Below are positions 17,561 through 25,539 of a stretch of 38,680 nt of DNA, one piece after another. Origin of the DNA: Nanohaloarchaea archaeon B1-Br10_U2g1 (lineage in GTDB: Archaea > Nanohalarchaeota > Nanosalinia > Nanosalinales > Nanosalinaceae); assembly GCA_001563875.1 (NCBI GenBank), contig LKMN01000005.1, positions 1 through 38,680 on the forward strand, written 5' to 3'. Below the pieces are notes generated by a model, which made no database searches, was not told the DNA's origin, and saw nothing but the letters and a program-made list of their open reading frames with translations. The number at the start of each line of letters is the position of its first letter. Position 1 is the stretch's first letter. The translations under genes were made by a program, and so were the position numbers.

Positions 17561-18682
17561 ATGAAGATAGAGGATATAACTCTACGAGAAATTATAGACT
17601 CCCGTACAAAACCAACAGTAGAAGCCGAAATTAACGGTTCTATAGGCAAAGCGCCTTCAGGAGCATCAACAGGTAGACATGAGGCAGAGGCCTTCGTACC
17701 GGAGCACCTAGATTCTAAAGAGAAACTTCTAGAAGATCTTGAAGGACGTAACTTATCACAAGAGGAGTTTGACGAAGAGCTCAGAGATATCGATAGTACA
17801 GAAAAGTTCTCTGAACTTGGATCGGTTTCAATAGCCGCAAGTTTTGCATTTAAGAACGCAGAGGGGTTCAGTCATACAGACAAGTTCCCTCTACCTTTAA
17901 GCAATGTTATAGGAGGCGGCGAACACGGAGGTAACACGGCTATACAAGAGTTCCTGGTCTTACCTGTTAACGCTAAAACATTTCCTGAAGCTGTGAAAAC
18001 AAACACGAAGATCTATCAGGAGCTAAAAGAAAGATACAGCACTAAAATTAAGGGTATGAACGATGAAGGCGCGTTAATAACTTCTATGGATGATGAAAAA
18101 ACTCTTAAGGCATTGAAGAAAGTTGCGGACAAATATGAGGCTAGGATAGGTCTTGATGTTGCAGCATCTGAAATGTATGAAGATGGAAAGTACAATTTGT
18201 CTTCAATAGGCCAAAAATTCGATGCAAAACAACATATGAAGTTTCTACAGAAGCTTATCGATGAGTTCGATCTGGTATACGTTGAAGATCCTTTCCATGA
18301 GGACGACTTCGTTAACCATGCTAAACTGACCTCGAAAAATCCGGAGGTCATGATATGTGGAGACGACATCTTCGTCACACAAGAAGAACGTTTACAGGAA
18401 GGAATAGATAGTAGAGCATGTAACTCACTTATCGTTAAACCTAACCAGGTAGGAACGGTATCCGATGCTAGAAAGACGGTTGAGCTAGCAGAAGAAAACA
18501 GTTACACCTCCGTTATATCTCATAGGAGTGGAGAGACCTGCGATCACACTATCTCCGATCTTGCGCTTGAATGGGGGTGTCCTATGATTAAAGCAGGGAT
18601 ATCTGATATACGGATAGCGAAACTCAACAGACTTATCACTCTGTGGGATAAGTCAGAAAGCCCTGTTATCAATCGGTTCTAG
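17561..18682 (+). CDS. eno: Enolase (compact, 373 aa)
   Basis: PSGASTG, QEF, DEG, LDVAASE, EDPF.E.D, KPNQVG and SHRSGET. Confidence 0.95.
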   Translation: MKIEDITLREIIDSRTKPTVEAEINGSIGKAPSGASTGRHEAEAFVPEHLDSKEKLLEDLEGRNLSQEEFDEELRDIDSTEKFSELGSVSIAASFAFKNAEGFSHTDKFPLPLSNVIGGGEHGGNTAIQEFLVLPVNAKTFPEAVKTNTKIYQELKERYSTKIKGMNDEGALITSMDDEKTLKALKKVADKYEARIGLDVAASEMYEDGKYNLSSIGQKFDAKQHMKFLQKLIDEFDLVYVEDPFHEDDFVNHAKLTSKNPEVMICGDDIFVTQEERLQEGIDSRACNSLIVKPNQVGTVSDARKTVELAEENSYTSVISHRSGETCDHTISDLALEWGCPMIKAGISDIRIAKLNRLITLWDKSESPVINRF

Positions 18683-18732
18683 GAGGGAAGGCTCAAATCC
18701 TTATTTAACTTTTTTTCTTTAACAACCGTTGT

Positions 18733-19347
18733 ATGAGTGAAGAAGAACTTTTAGTCGACCGTGATGAGTATCTTGCCCACGGCGTACATATCGGTACAAA
18801 GGGCAAGAACAAGGATATGGAACCCTACATTTTCCACGTAAAGAAGAACCAGCTAGCAGTACTAAACCTCAACCAGACAGATGAAAGGATCAGGGAAGCA
18901 GCAGAGTTTCTGGCAGGGTATGATTCAGAAGATATTCTGGTAGTTGGGAGAAAGGATGCGGCTAAAAGACCATTGAAAGCTTTTGCAGATGCTTTAGGTA
19001 CAAAAATTATTCAAGGCAGGTTCATGCCTGGAACACTTACAAACCCTGCTTCAGACAGTTTCATGGAGCCAGAGGTAATATTAGTAACAGATCCTGAAGA
19101 AGACGCACAAGCAATTAATGAAGCAAAAGATGCAAAGATTCCGGTGATTTCTCTAGCAGACTCAGCCGACAGTCTTGACGATATAAGTGATGTAATACCA
19201 GCTAACAACAAGGCAGAGAACTCTATAGGACTAGTCTATTATCTCCTAGCAGAACAGATTGTAGAAGCCAGAGGAGAAGACAGAGATATAGATATAGACG
19301 AGTTCAGGACCGAGCCTGTAATAGAGGAAGACGAAGAAGAGGAATGA
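18733..19347 (+). CDS. rps2: 30S ribosomal protein S2
   Basis: YL..GVHIGT, GRF.PGTLTNP, TDP..D.QA..EA and IP.NNK. Confidence 0.96.
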   Translation: MSEEELLVDRDEYLAHGVHIGTKGKNKDMEPYIFHVKKNQLAVLNLNQTDERIREAAEFLAGYDSEDILVVGRKDAAKRPLKAFADALGTKIIQGRFMPGTLTNPASDSFMEPEVILVTDPEEDAQAINEAKDAKIPVISLADSADSLDDISDVIPANNKAENSIGLVYYLLAEQIVEARGEDRDIDIDEFRTEPVIEEDEEEE

Positions 19348-19883
19348 CAGACTTCCTCATTATCGTCGGCTCTACAAGAAAGGGAAGAAGAAGTATACAC
19401 GCGGCCGAGGAAGTAGACACAGTTCTACAGGAACAGGGCCATCAAACCACTCTGTTCGATCTCAAAGAGAAGGAGATACCGTTTCTAGGTAACAGGAGCT
19501 ATACTGATGAGGAGCCGGTACCGGAAGATATACAGGAACTTAGCCAGTTAGTTCAAGACTCGGACGGCATAATGATAATCTCTCCAGAGTACAACCACAG
19601 TATCCCCGGTGTTCTGAAGAACGCTTTAGACTACCTTTATCCTGAGTACAGCGACAAACCTTTCTCATACGTAACCACTTCCGCAGGCGGATTTGGAGGG
19701 GTAAGAGCTTTAGGACATCTACAAGACATAACCTTGGCCTTGGGCGGATTCCCTGGCCCTTCAGTACAGATATCCGATATAGGATCGGTATTTGAGGACG
19801 GAGAGCTTGTAGATAAGGAAACCAGAGAAAGAGTGGAACAGTTTGCAGACAAAGCCGACCAACATGTTCGAAAATTAAACTGA
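19344..19883 (+). CDS. NADPH-dependent FMN reductase family flavoprotein
   Basis: GSTR.GR.S, SPEYNHSIPGVLKNALD, KP and S.G..GG motifs. Confidence 0.92.
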   Translation: MTDFLIIVGSTRKGRRSIHAAEEVDTVLQEQGHQTTLFDLKEKEIPFLGNRSYTDEEPVPEDIQELSQLVQDSDGIMIISPEYNHSIPGVLKNALDYLYPEYSDKPFSYVTTSAGGFGGVRALGHLQDITLALGGFPGPSVQISDIGSVFEDGELVDKETRERVEQFADKADQHVRKLN

Positions 19884-19959
19884 GTATTTTGTTCTATTTT
19901 CTCGGGACTACCAACCGGAATATTTAAACTCTCGAAGACCGAAGGTTTGAAACAGGGCT

Positions 19960-20757
19960 ATGTTCGGGTTTCGAGACAAAGACAAGGAACAGTTGGAAGA
20001 GAATATGGAGGAAATTAAACAGCTTATTAACAAAGGTAAAGGTTCTGAATCGGAGGAAGGAGACTTTCCTAGCCAAGAAGAGCTAAGAGAAGACTTAGAA
20101 TCCTTTGAAAACGATTCAGAGAGCTTTGACCAGCCTGAAAATCAAAACCAAGACGGTTTTGATAAAACGTTTGAAGATGATTTCGCTGAAGATACTGACT
20201 CTGAAGAGCCTGAAGAAACACGTACCCAGACGACCAGCTTCGATGAACAGCCGCATGATCAGAATCAGCCTCAGCCGACAGAAGACGAGAACTTCGATAA
20301 CCAAACTGCAAAGAACGAACAACAGCCTCAAACCCAGCAAAGACATGAGGGACAAGGCTTTAACGACCAGCCTTCACAGAGCCAACAGAGAAGAAGATCT
20401 GATACAGACCCAAGACAGAGAAGTGCCAGTTCTGGAGAGAGAGGTAGATCAGGAAAGACGGAACAACTAAACAATCAAGTACCTGAGCCTCCAAAGACAC
20501 GTAAGATAGACGTCCCCGAGATCGATAAGGGCCCGCTTTTCATCAGAAGGAAAAAGTTCGAGAACGCTCAAGAACTAATACATGAGATGCGTTACATCTC
20601 CCAAGAGATTGAACAAGTTATGAACAGACTTGAGAAAGGAATAAAAGAAGATCATGATACTGAAAGAGAAGCTAAAGAGCTACTGAGCACTCTTGACGAT
20701 GATAGAGACACTGTTAGAAAAATTATAAGTCCTGGAAACGACAACAAACAGCAATAA
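19960..20757 (+). CDS. Hypothetical protein with a long acidic/Gln-rich disordered linker and C-terminal coiled coil
   Basis: 265 aa, low-complexity centre, then PLFIR followed by an amphipathic helical region; TATTTAAA upstream at 19921. Confidence 0.75.
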   Translation: MFGFRDKDKEQLEENMEEIKQLINKGKGSESEEGDFPSQEELREDLESFENDSESFDQPENQNQDGFDKTFEDDFAEDTDSEEPEETRTQTTSFDEQPHDQNQPQPTEDENFDNQTAKNEQQPQTQQRHEGQGFNDQPSQSQQRRRSDTDPRQRSASSGERGRSGKTEQLNNQVPEPPKTRKIDVPEIDKGPLFIRRKKFENAQELIHEMRYISQEIEQVMNRLEKGIKEDHDTEREAKELLSTLDDDRDTVRKIISPGNDNKQQ

Positions 20758-20914
20758 CTCTATAAAACTGTTTTAACCGGTACCCAGTATCCAATAAAGG
20801 CCTTTGAGTTTTCTTCCTTAACGGTCTTAACCAAGTCAGATGGTATAAAAAAGTTCTATCCCTTTTTTTAGTTACGCCTTGATGATCCAAGGTTTGTGAA
20901 AGGTGAAACAATTA

Positions 20915-21286
20915 ATGGCATACCAAAAATTTGAACCAGGAGAATCACTATCAGAAAAAACCTACAATGCAGTGGAAAAAGCTGACGAAACCGGAAAAGT
21001 AGTAATTGGTACTAACGAAGTCACCAAAGCTATTGAGAGAAATGAAGCAGAACTTGTTGTAATCGCTTCAGACGTATCCCCGGAAGAAATCGTTATGCAT
21101 CTGCCAGCACTTTCAGAAGAAAGAGATATTGCATACACGTTTGTACCTGAAAGAGAAGAGCTAGGACTTGCAGCAGGAATCGGAGTACAGTCCGCAACAG
21201 TAGCAATAACATCTTCAGGACAGGCAGAAGACGACGTACAAGATATCGCTTCAAAATCCCGCGAACTACTTGAAAAAGAGGAATAA
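20915..21286 (+). CDS. rpl7ae: Ribosomal and sRNP protein L7Ae
   Basis: GTNEVTKAIER, A.DV.PEEIVMHLP.L.EE and ELG.AAG; ATG at 20915 after GGTGA. Confidence 0.97.
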   Translation: MAYQKFEPGESLSEKTYNAVEKADETGKVVIGTNEVTKAIERNEAELVVIASDVSPEEIVMHLPALSEERDIAYTFVPEREELGLAAGIGVQSATVAITSSGQAEDDVQDIASKSRELLEKEE

Positions 21287-21297
21287 AGTGAGTAAAA

Positions 21298-21474
21298 ATG
21301 GTAGCGGCAAAAGTAGTTGAAGTAATAGGAGACCAAGGACACAGAGGAGTCCGAAAAATCCGCTGCCGGATCCTCGAAGGTAATGAAGAGGGTAAGATTC
21401 TAGTAAGGAACGTTCGAGGACCTATCAGGGAAGACGACGTAGTTCACATAAAAGAGACACAGATGGAGGGATAA
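21298..21474 (+). CDS. rps28e: 30S ribosomal protein S28e (not in the ORF track)
   Basis: A.VVEVIG..G......CRILEG...GKIL.RNVRGPIR..D. Confidence 0.95.
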   Translation: MVAAKVVEVIGDQGHRGVRKIRCRILEGNEEGKILVRNVRGPIREDDVVHIKETQMEG

Positions 21475-21477
21475 ACA

Positions 21478-21630
21478 ATGGAATGTAACTACTGCGGAAA
21501 AGAGGTAGAAAAGTCAAAAGGCAAGATGCTGGTACAGTCAAGCGGAAAAAGACTGTTCTTCTGCTCAGGAAAGTGTCAGAAAAACTGGGAGAAAAACAGG
21601 AGCCACAGCTACCCTGACAAAGAGGAGTAA
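21478..21630 (+). CDS. rpl24e: 50S ribosomal protein L24e (short; not in the ORF track)
   Basis: C.YCG......G.M.V...G....FCS.KC.KN TRASH-type motif; canonical position after S28e. Confidence 0.93.
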   Translation: MECNYCGKEVEKSKGKMLVQSSGKRLFFCSGKCQKNWEKNRSHSYPDKEE

Positions 21631-21702
21631 AATCCTCGCGTAACCTATTTTCTATCTTATTTTAAATCAAAAAACCGCTGAAAACAAGGAGAACAATCTA
21701 AA

Positions 21703-23460
21703 ATGCCTCGACAACCAATTCTATCAGTACTTGGACACGTAGATTCCGGAAAGACAACACTGCTTGACAGTATAAGAGAGTCACGTATAACTGAAGGAGA
21801 GTCTGGAGGCATAACACAGATGATAGGAGCTACAGAGGTTCCTATAGGAACTGTCCAAGATGTATGCGGTGATCTTCTGAACACTTTGGAGACAGACCTA
21901 ACTATTCCTGGCCTATTATTCATAGATACTCCGGGACATGCAGCTTTTTCCTCACTTAGAAAAAGAGGAGGCTCAATAAGCGATATAGCAGTTTTAGTCG
22001 TTGATGTAAATCAGGGAGTCCAGCCACAGACAGAAGAAGCGATAAACATACTAAAAGAGTCAGGTACGCCGTTTGTAATTGCTTTAAACAAAGTTGACAC
22101 CTTGAACGGTTGGATAACAGAGGACAAATGCTTCTCAAAAAATATACGGAACCAGAGCGACCGAGTAAAAGACATGCTCGACCAGAAAATATACGAGCTG
22201 ATGGCAGAGTTCAGCGAGCACAGCGTAACTGTCGACAGATTTGACAGGGTTGACAACTTCCAGAAAAAAGTCGCTGTTGTACCAATGTCCGCAGAGACAG
22301 ATGAAGGAATACCTGAACTACTGATGGTGGTAGCAGGTCTTTCACAACGCTATCTTGGCGACCAACTTGAAGTAGATGAGGGAATGGGTAAAGGAACCAT
22401 ATTAGAGGTCTCACAGGAACAGGGATTAGGCACCACCATAAACGTCATCCACTATGACGGAGTTATTGAAAAAGAAGAGACGCTTGTATACGGTACAGCA
22501 GACGGAGCTAAAACAACTGAGATAAGAGCGCTGCTTCAGCCACAGCCATTGAAAGAGATAAGACTTGATAGACAATATCAGAGAACAGAAAGGGTTGAAC
22601 CTGCTTCAGGTATTAAGATAACAGGAAGAGATCTAGAAGGAGTCATATCAGGAGCACCAATAAGAACAGCTAAAGATGACGAGGTTGAAAAAGCTATAGA
22701 AGAGGTCGAAGAAGAGCTCGAAACCACAGACTTTGAACCTGAAAACCAGGGAGTGGTTGTAAAAGCAGACTCACTAGGGTCTCTTGAGGCAGTTATGCGA
22801 GAGATAAAGGATGAAGATATACATGTACAGAAAGCAGAGGTAGGTTCCATAACAAAAGGAGATATAATAGAAGTACAGAATGAGGAACCAAGTCATAGAG
22901 CTGTTTTAGCGTTTAACGTTGACTTCACTGAACAAGGAAAAGAAAAAGCACTTCAAGAAGGGGTAGAGGTCTTCAGGAGCGATATAATCTACGAGATAGT
23001 TGAAAACTATCAGGACTGGCGTGAGAACTTGGAGAACAGACAGAAGGAAGAGGCATTAAACAATATATCTAGACCTGCTAGGATAGTTTCAATGCCAGAA
23101 CACGTTTTTAGGACTTCCAACCCGGCAGTACTAGGTTTTAAGGTTGTTGAAGGTGTTCTGACTCCAGGAAGCAGTTTGATGGATACAGATGGTAACGTTG
23201 TAGGAACCGTGAAAAGTATACAGGAACAGAATGATACGGTAGAGAAAGCAGAGAAAGGAGATCAGGTAGCTGTCTCAATCTCGAACGCTACAGTAGGTAG
23301 AGATTTTGAAGAAGGCGATGAACTTCTAGTAAACCTGACAGGTAGAGAGTACCAACAGCTAAAACATCTGGAAGAACTTCTAACAGCTGGAGAGAAGAAG
23401 GTTAGGGAAGAGATAGTTGATATAAAAGATAGAGAGAATCCTCACTGGAAAATTGTTTAA
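21703..23460 (+). CDS. infB: Translation initiation factor aIF5B (IF2)
   Basis: RQPI..VLGHVDSGKT, GGITQ, DTPGH, NKVD and KADSLGSLEA; no intein. Confidence 0.98.
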   Translation: MPRQPILSVLGHVDSGKTTLLDSIRESRITEGESGGITQMIGATEVPIGTVQDVCGDLLNTLETDLTIPGLLFIDTPGHAAFSSLRKRGGSISDIAVLVVDVNQGVQPQTEEAINILKESGTPFVIALNKVDTLNGWITEDKCFSKNIRNQSDRVKDMLDQKIYELMAEFSEHSVTVDRFDRVDNFQKKVAVVPMSAETDEGIPELLMVVAGLSQRYLGDQLEVDEGMGKGTILEVSQEQGLGTTINVIHYDGVIEKEETLVYGTADGAKTTEIRALLQPQPLKEIRLDRQYQRTERVEPASGIKITGRDLEGVISGAPIRTAKDDEVEKAIEEVEEELETTDFEPENQGVVVKADSLGSLEAVMREIKDEDIHVQKAEVGSITKGDIIEVQNEEPSHRAVLAFNVDFTEQGKEKALQEGVEVFRSDIIYEIVENYQDWRENLENRQKEEALNNISRPARIVSMPEHVFRTSNPAVLGFKVVEGVLTPGSSLMDTDGNVVGTVKSIQEQNDTVEKAEKGDQVAVSISNATVGRDFEEGDELLVNLTGREYQQLKHLEELLTAGEKKVREEIVDIKDRENPHWKIV

Positions 23461-23982
23461 CTAACCGGTTGTGAGGTTATCGGTGTTTTCTAGAAAGTCT
23501 TTGATGTCATCAAGATACGTGTCAAGTTCGTCTCTAACATCTTCTTTGGGCTGGGTTATAACTCCAATACCTCTGTCTGAAGAAACTTCTATACCAAGCT
23601 CTTGGGAGATAGTTCCGTAAAACCTTAAGAGAAGAGAGTAATCTTTTTTACGGTAAACAGCGCCGTTGTTCATATTCAGGAACTCTTCTCCGGTCTCAAC
23701 AGCTCTTCGAGACTGGTTCTTCAGACTCAACTCTGTTTTCTGTTCTAGTTCATAGTCTGATATCATTTCTTCTGAAATGTTGTGTGAAAGCAGAAACGTC
23801 GATGCTATATACTCGTAGGAGCTGTGTTCGTAATGGCCTACTGAGTTCTTAGCAGAGGCGGATAGAGGGTGTTCAAGCCCTACTTCTCTGAAGTATTTAT
23901 CTAAAGTATCTTTGTCCACCAAGCTTTCGGATATACCCTCTACTGTTTCATACCGACTTACTATCTCATCTAGATGACCCAT
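23461..23982 (-). CDS. Hypothetical acidic protein (173 aa from ATG 23982)
   Basis: Acidic ORF filling the gap between infB and nreA; the ORF-track 5' extension overlaps nreA. Confidence 0.6.
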   Translation of the reverse strand: MGHLDEIVSRYETVEGISESLVDKDTLDKYFREVGLEHPLSASAKNSVGHYEHSSYEYIASTFLLSHNISEEMISDYELEQKTELSLKNQSRRAVETGEEFLNMNNGAVYRKKDYSLLLRFYGTISQELGIEVSSDRGIGVITQPKEDVRDELDTYLDDIKDFLENTDNLTTG

Positions 23983-24039
23983 TGTATTATAACCGACAAC
24001 CCCTTTGTTACATATCTTTTGATTACTAAAGAGAAGTAT

Positions 24040-25215
24040 ATGGCTTACGGAAAACTCGCGAAAGGGATGTCCTCGGAGGAAGCTGCAAGAAGACTTCAAA
24101 AGGTCATGCCTAATCTAAAGAGAGAGAAAGAGTTCCGTGGAAACGCGCCAAGCGTTTTTATAGGAAGCCATTCTTACCCGAAAGTTAGTACGGGAATACT
24201 TTCTCCACAGCATCCTGGAGACTCTAGCCTGCTGGATAGTCCGGATAAATGGTACTCCGAAGGTTTCGGAGTTGAAAAGGTTGCGTCTCTAAGAACCTCG
24301 CTTATCAACTCCCGTCAGAGACTGAAGGTGGAGGAGACAGACAGCTTTCTGAGTAACACAAGAGAGATAGCGATGTCGAGAAAACCTGTAGATATAGAAG
24401 TAGCTCTGGAGAAAAAACCGTCTCAAGCTGTCTCCGGAGGTAGAGTAAAACCTGTTTCGGCAGCAGGAGACATAGAAAACTTTATACTGGGAGAAAATCC
24501 TTCGGTAGAAAGAAAAATTGAGAAGGCATTCTACGATACTGACCTGAAAGCAGAGACCGGTGTAAAAGAGCTTTACAGTAAAGGCGTTGACAACTACAAG
24601 ATACAGCAAAGTCTTTCGACAGGAATGCTTGGAGAAGAGGAGAACAGAAAGCTGGTGCCCACACGTTGGAGCATAACCGCTTCTGACGACATGATATCCA
24701 AAAACCTAAGGGAACAGGTTAAGGATTACCAGCAGCTTGGACAGATAGAGTACTACAAGAACAGTTATGTGGGTAACGACTTCCATATATTCCTGATTCC
24801 GGGAAGGTGGGAGTACGAGCTTTTCGAGTTGAAAAGATCCGGATCGGTATGGAACGCTGCAGAAAACACGTATATTGCCCATAACTATGAGCCTTACAAC
24901 GGCAGAACTGGTTATGCGGAGGAGACAGCTGGAGCATTTTATGCTACTAGATTAGGTATTGCAGAGCATCTGGTCAGGAGACGTAGACAAGCTAAAGCAC
25001 TTGTTATAAGAGAGGTTAAACCGGATTATTGGGCTCCTCTTGGCGTATGGGTTATAAGAGAAACTGTTAGAAACGGTTTTAAGGATAAGGAAGAGCTAGA
25101 AAGCTTTGAAAAGGTTAAATGGAGTATATCTAGAGACTTCAGGTTTCTGTATTCGCGTATCAAGAGTAAGAGTAAGATACTTGGGGGAAGACAGTTCAGT
25201 CTCAGAGACTTCTAG
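24040..25215 (+). CDS. nreA: DNA repair protein NreA (DUF650/DUF651)
   Basis: PSVFIG...YPKV..G, D.P..W, S.G.LG....RKLVPTRWSITA.D, PLGVW.IRE.VR and C-terminal PIP box QFSLRDF. Confidence 0.92.
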   Translation: MAYGKLAKGMSSEEAARRLQKVMPNLKREKEFRGNAPSVFIGSHSYPKVSTGILSPQHPGDSSLLDSPDKWYSEGFGVEKVASLRTSLINSRQRLKVEETDSFLSNTREIAMSRKPVDIEVALEKKPSQAVSGGRVKPVSAAGDIENFILGENPSVERKIEKAFYDTDLKAETGVKELYSKGVDNYKIQQSLSTGMLGEEENRKLVPTRWSITASDDMISKNLREQVKDYQQLGQIEYYKNSYVGNDFHIFLIPGRWEYELFELKRSGSVWNAAENTYIAHNYEPYNGRTGYAEETAGAFYATRLGIAEHLVRRRRQAKALVIREVKPDYWAPLGVWVIRETVRNGFKDKEELESFEKVKWSISRDFRFLYSRIKSKSKILGGRQFSLRDF

Positions 25216-25310
25216 CCTCTGTATTACATTTTAGAAAAATCTTCATAAATATAATACATAAAACCCTGTTCTTTATAAACAAGCCGCGTAAATTGTAGTA
25301 CAGAAATGGA

Positions 25311-25451
25311 ATGGCAACGGTTTCTGTAAGACTATCCGACAGACTGAACGAAGATCTCGACAGACTAGTCGAAGATGGGGTCTTCAAAGACAAAACCGAT
25401 GCCTTCCACGAAGCAGTAAGAAAACTGCTCCAAGATTACGAAGAACTTTAA
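25311..25451 (+). CDS. 46-aa ribbon-helix-helix (CopG/CdrS-like) regulator, not in the ORF track
   Basis: MATVSVRLSDRLNEDLDRLVEDGVFKDKTDAFHEAVRKLLQDYEEL*; alternating beta-ribbon and G.F......AVR.LL pattern; TTTATAAA upstream at 25272. Confidence 0.85.
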   Translation: MATVSVRLSDRLNEDLDRLVEDGVFKDKTDAFHEAVRKLLQDYEEL

Positions 25452-25539
25452 CTTTATACTCCCCTCCCTTTTCCCCTCCTTTTTGCTTTCACTCACTATC
25501 GGTGTCCTTTTATTGTTTCTCTGCTCGATTCAATACTAC

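Noticed and set aside
17561-18682. Short enolase as a pseudogene
   Set aside because: The reading frame is intact and the catalytic and metal-binding motifs are retained; consistent with streamlining.
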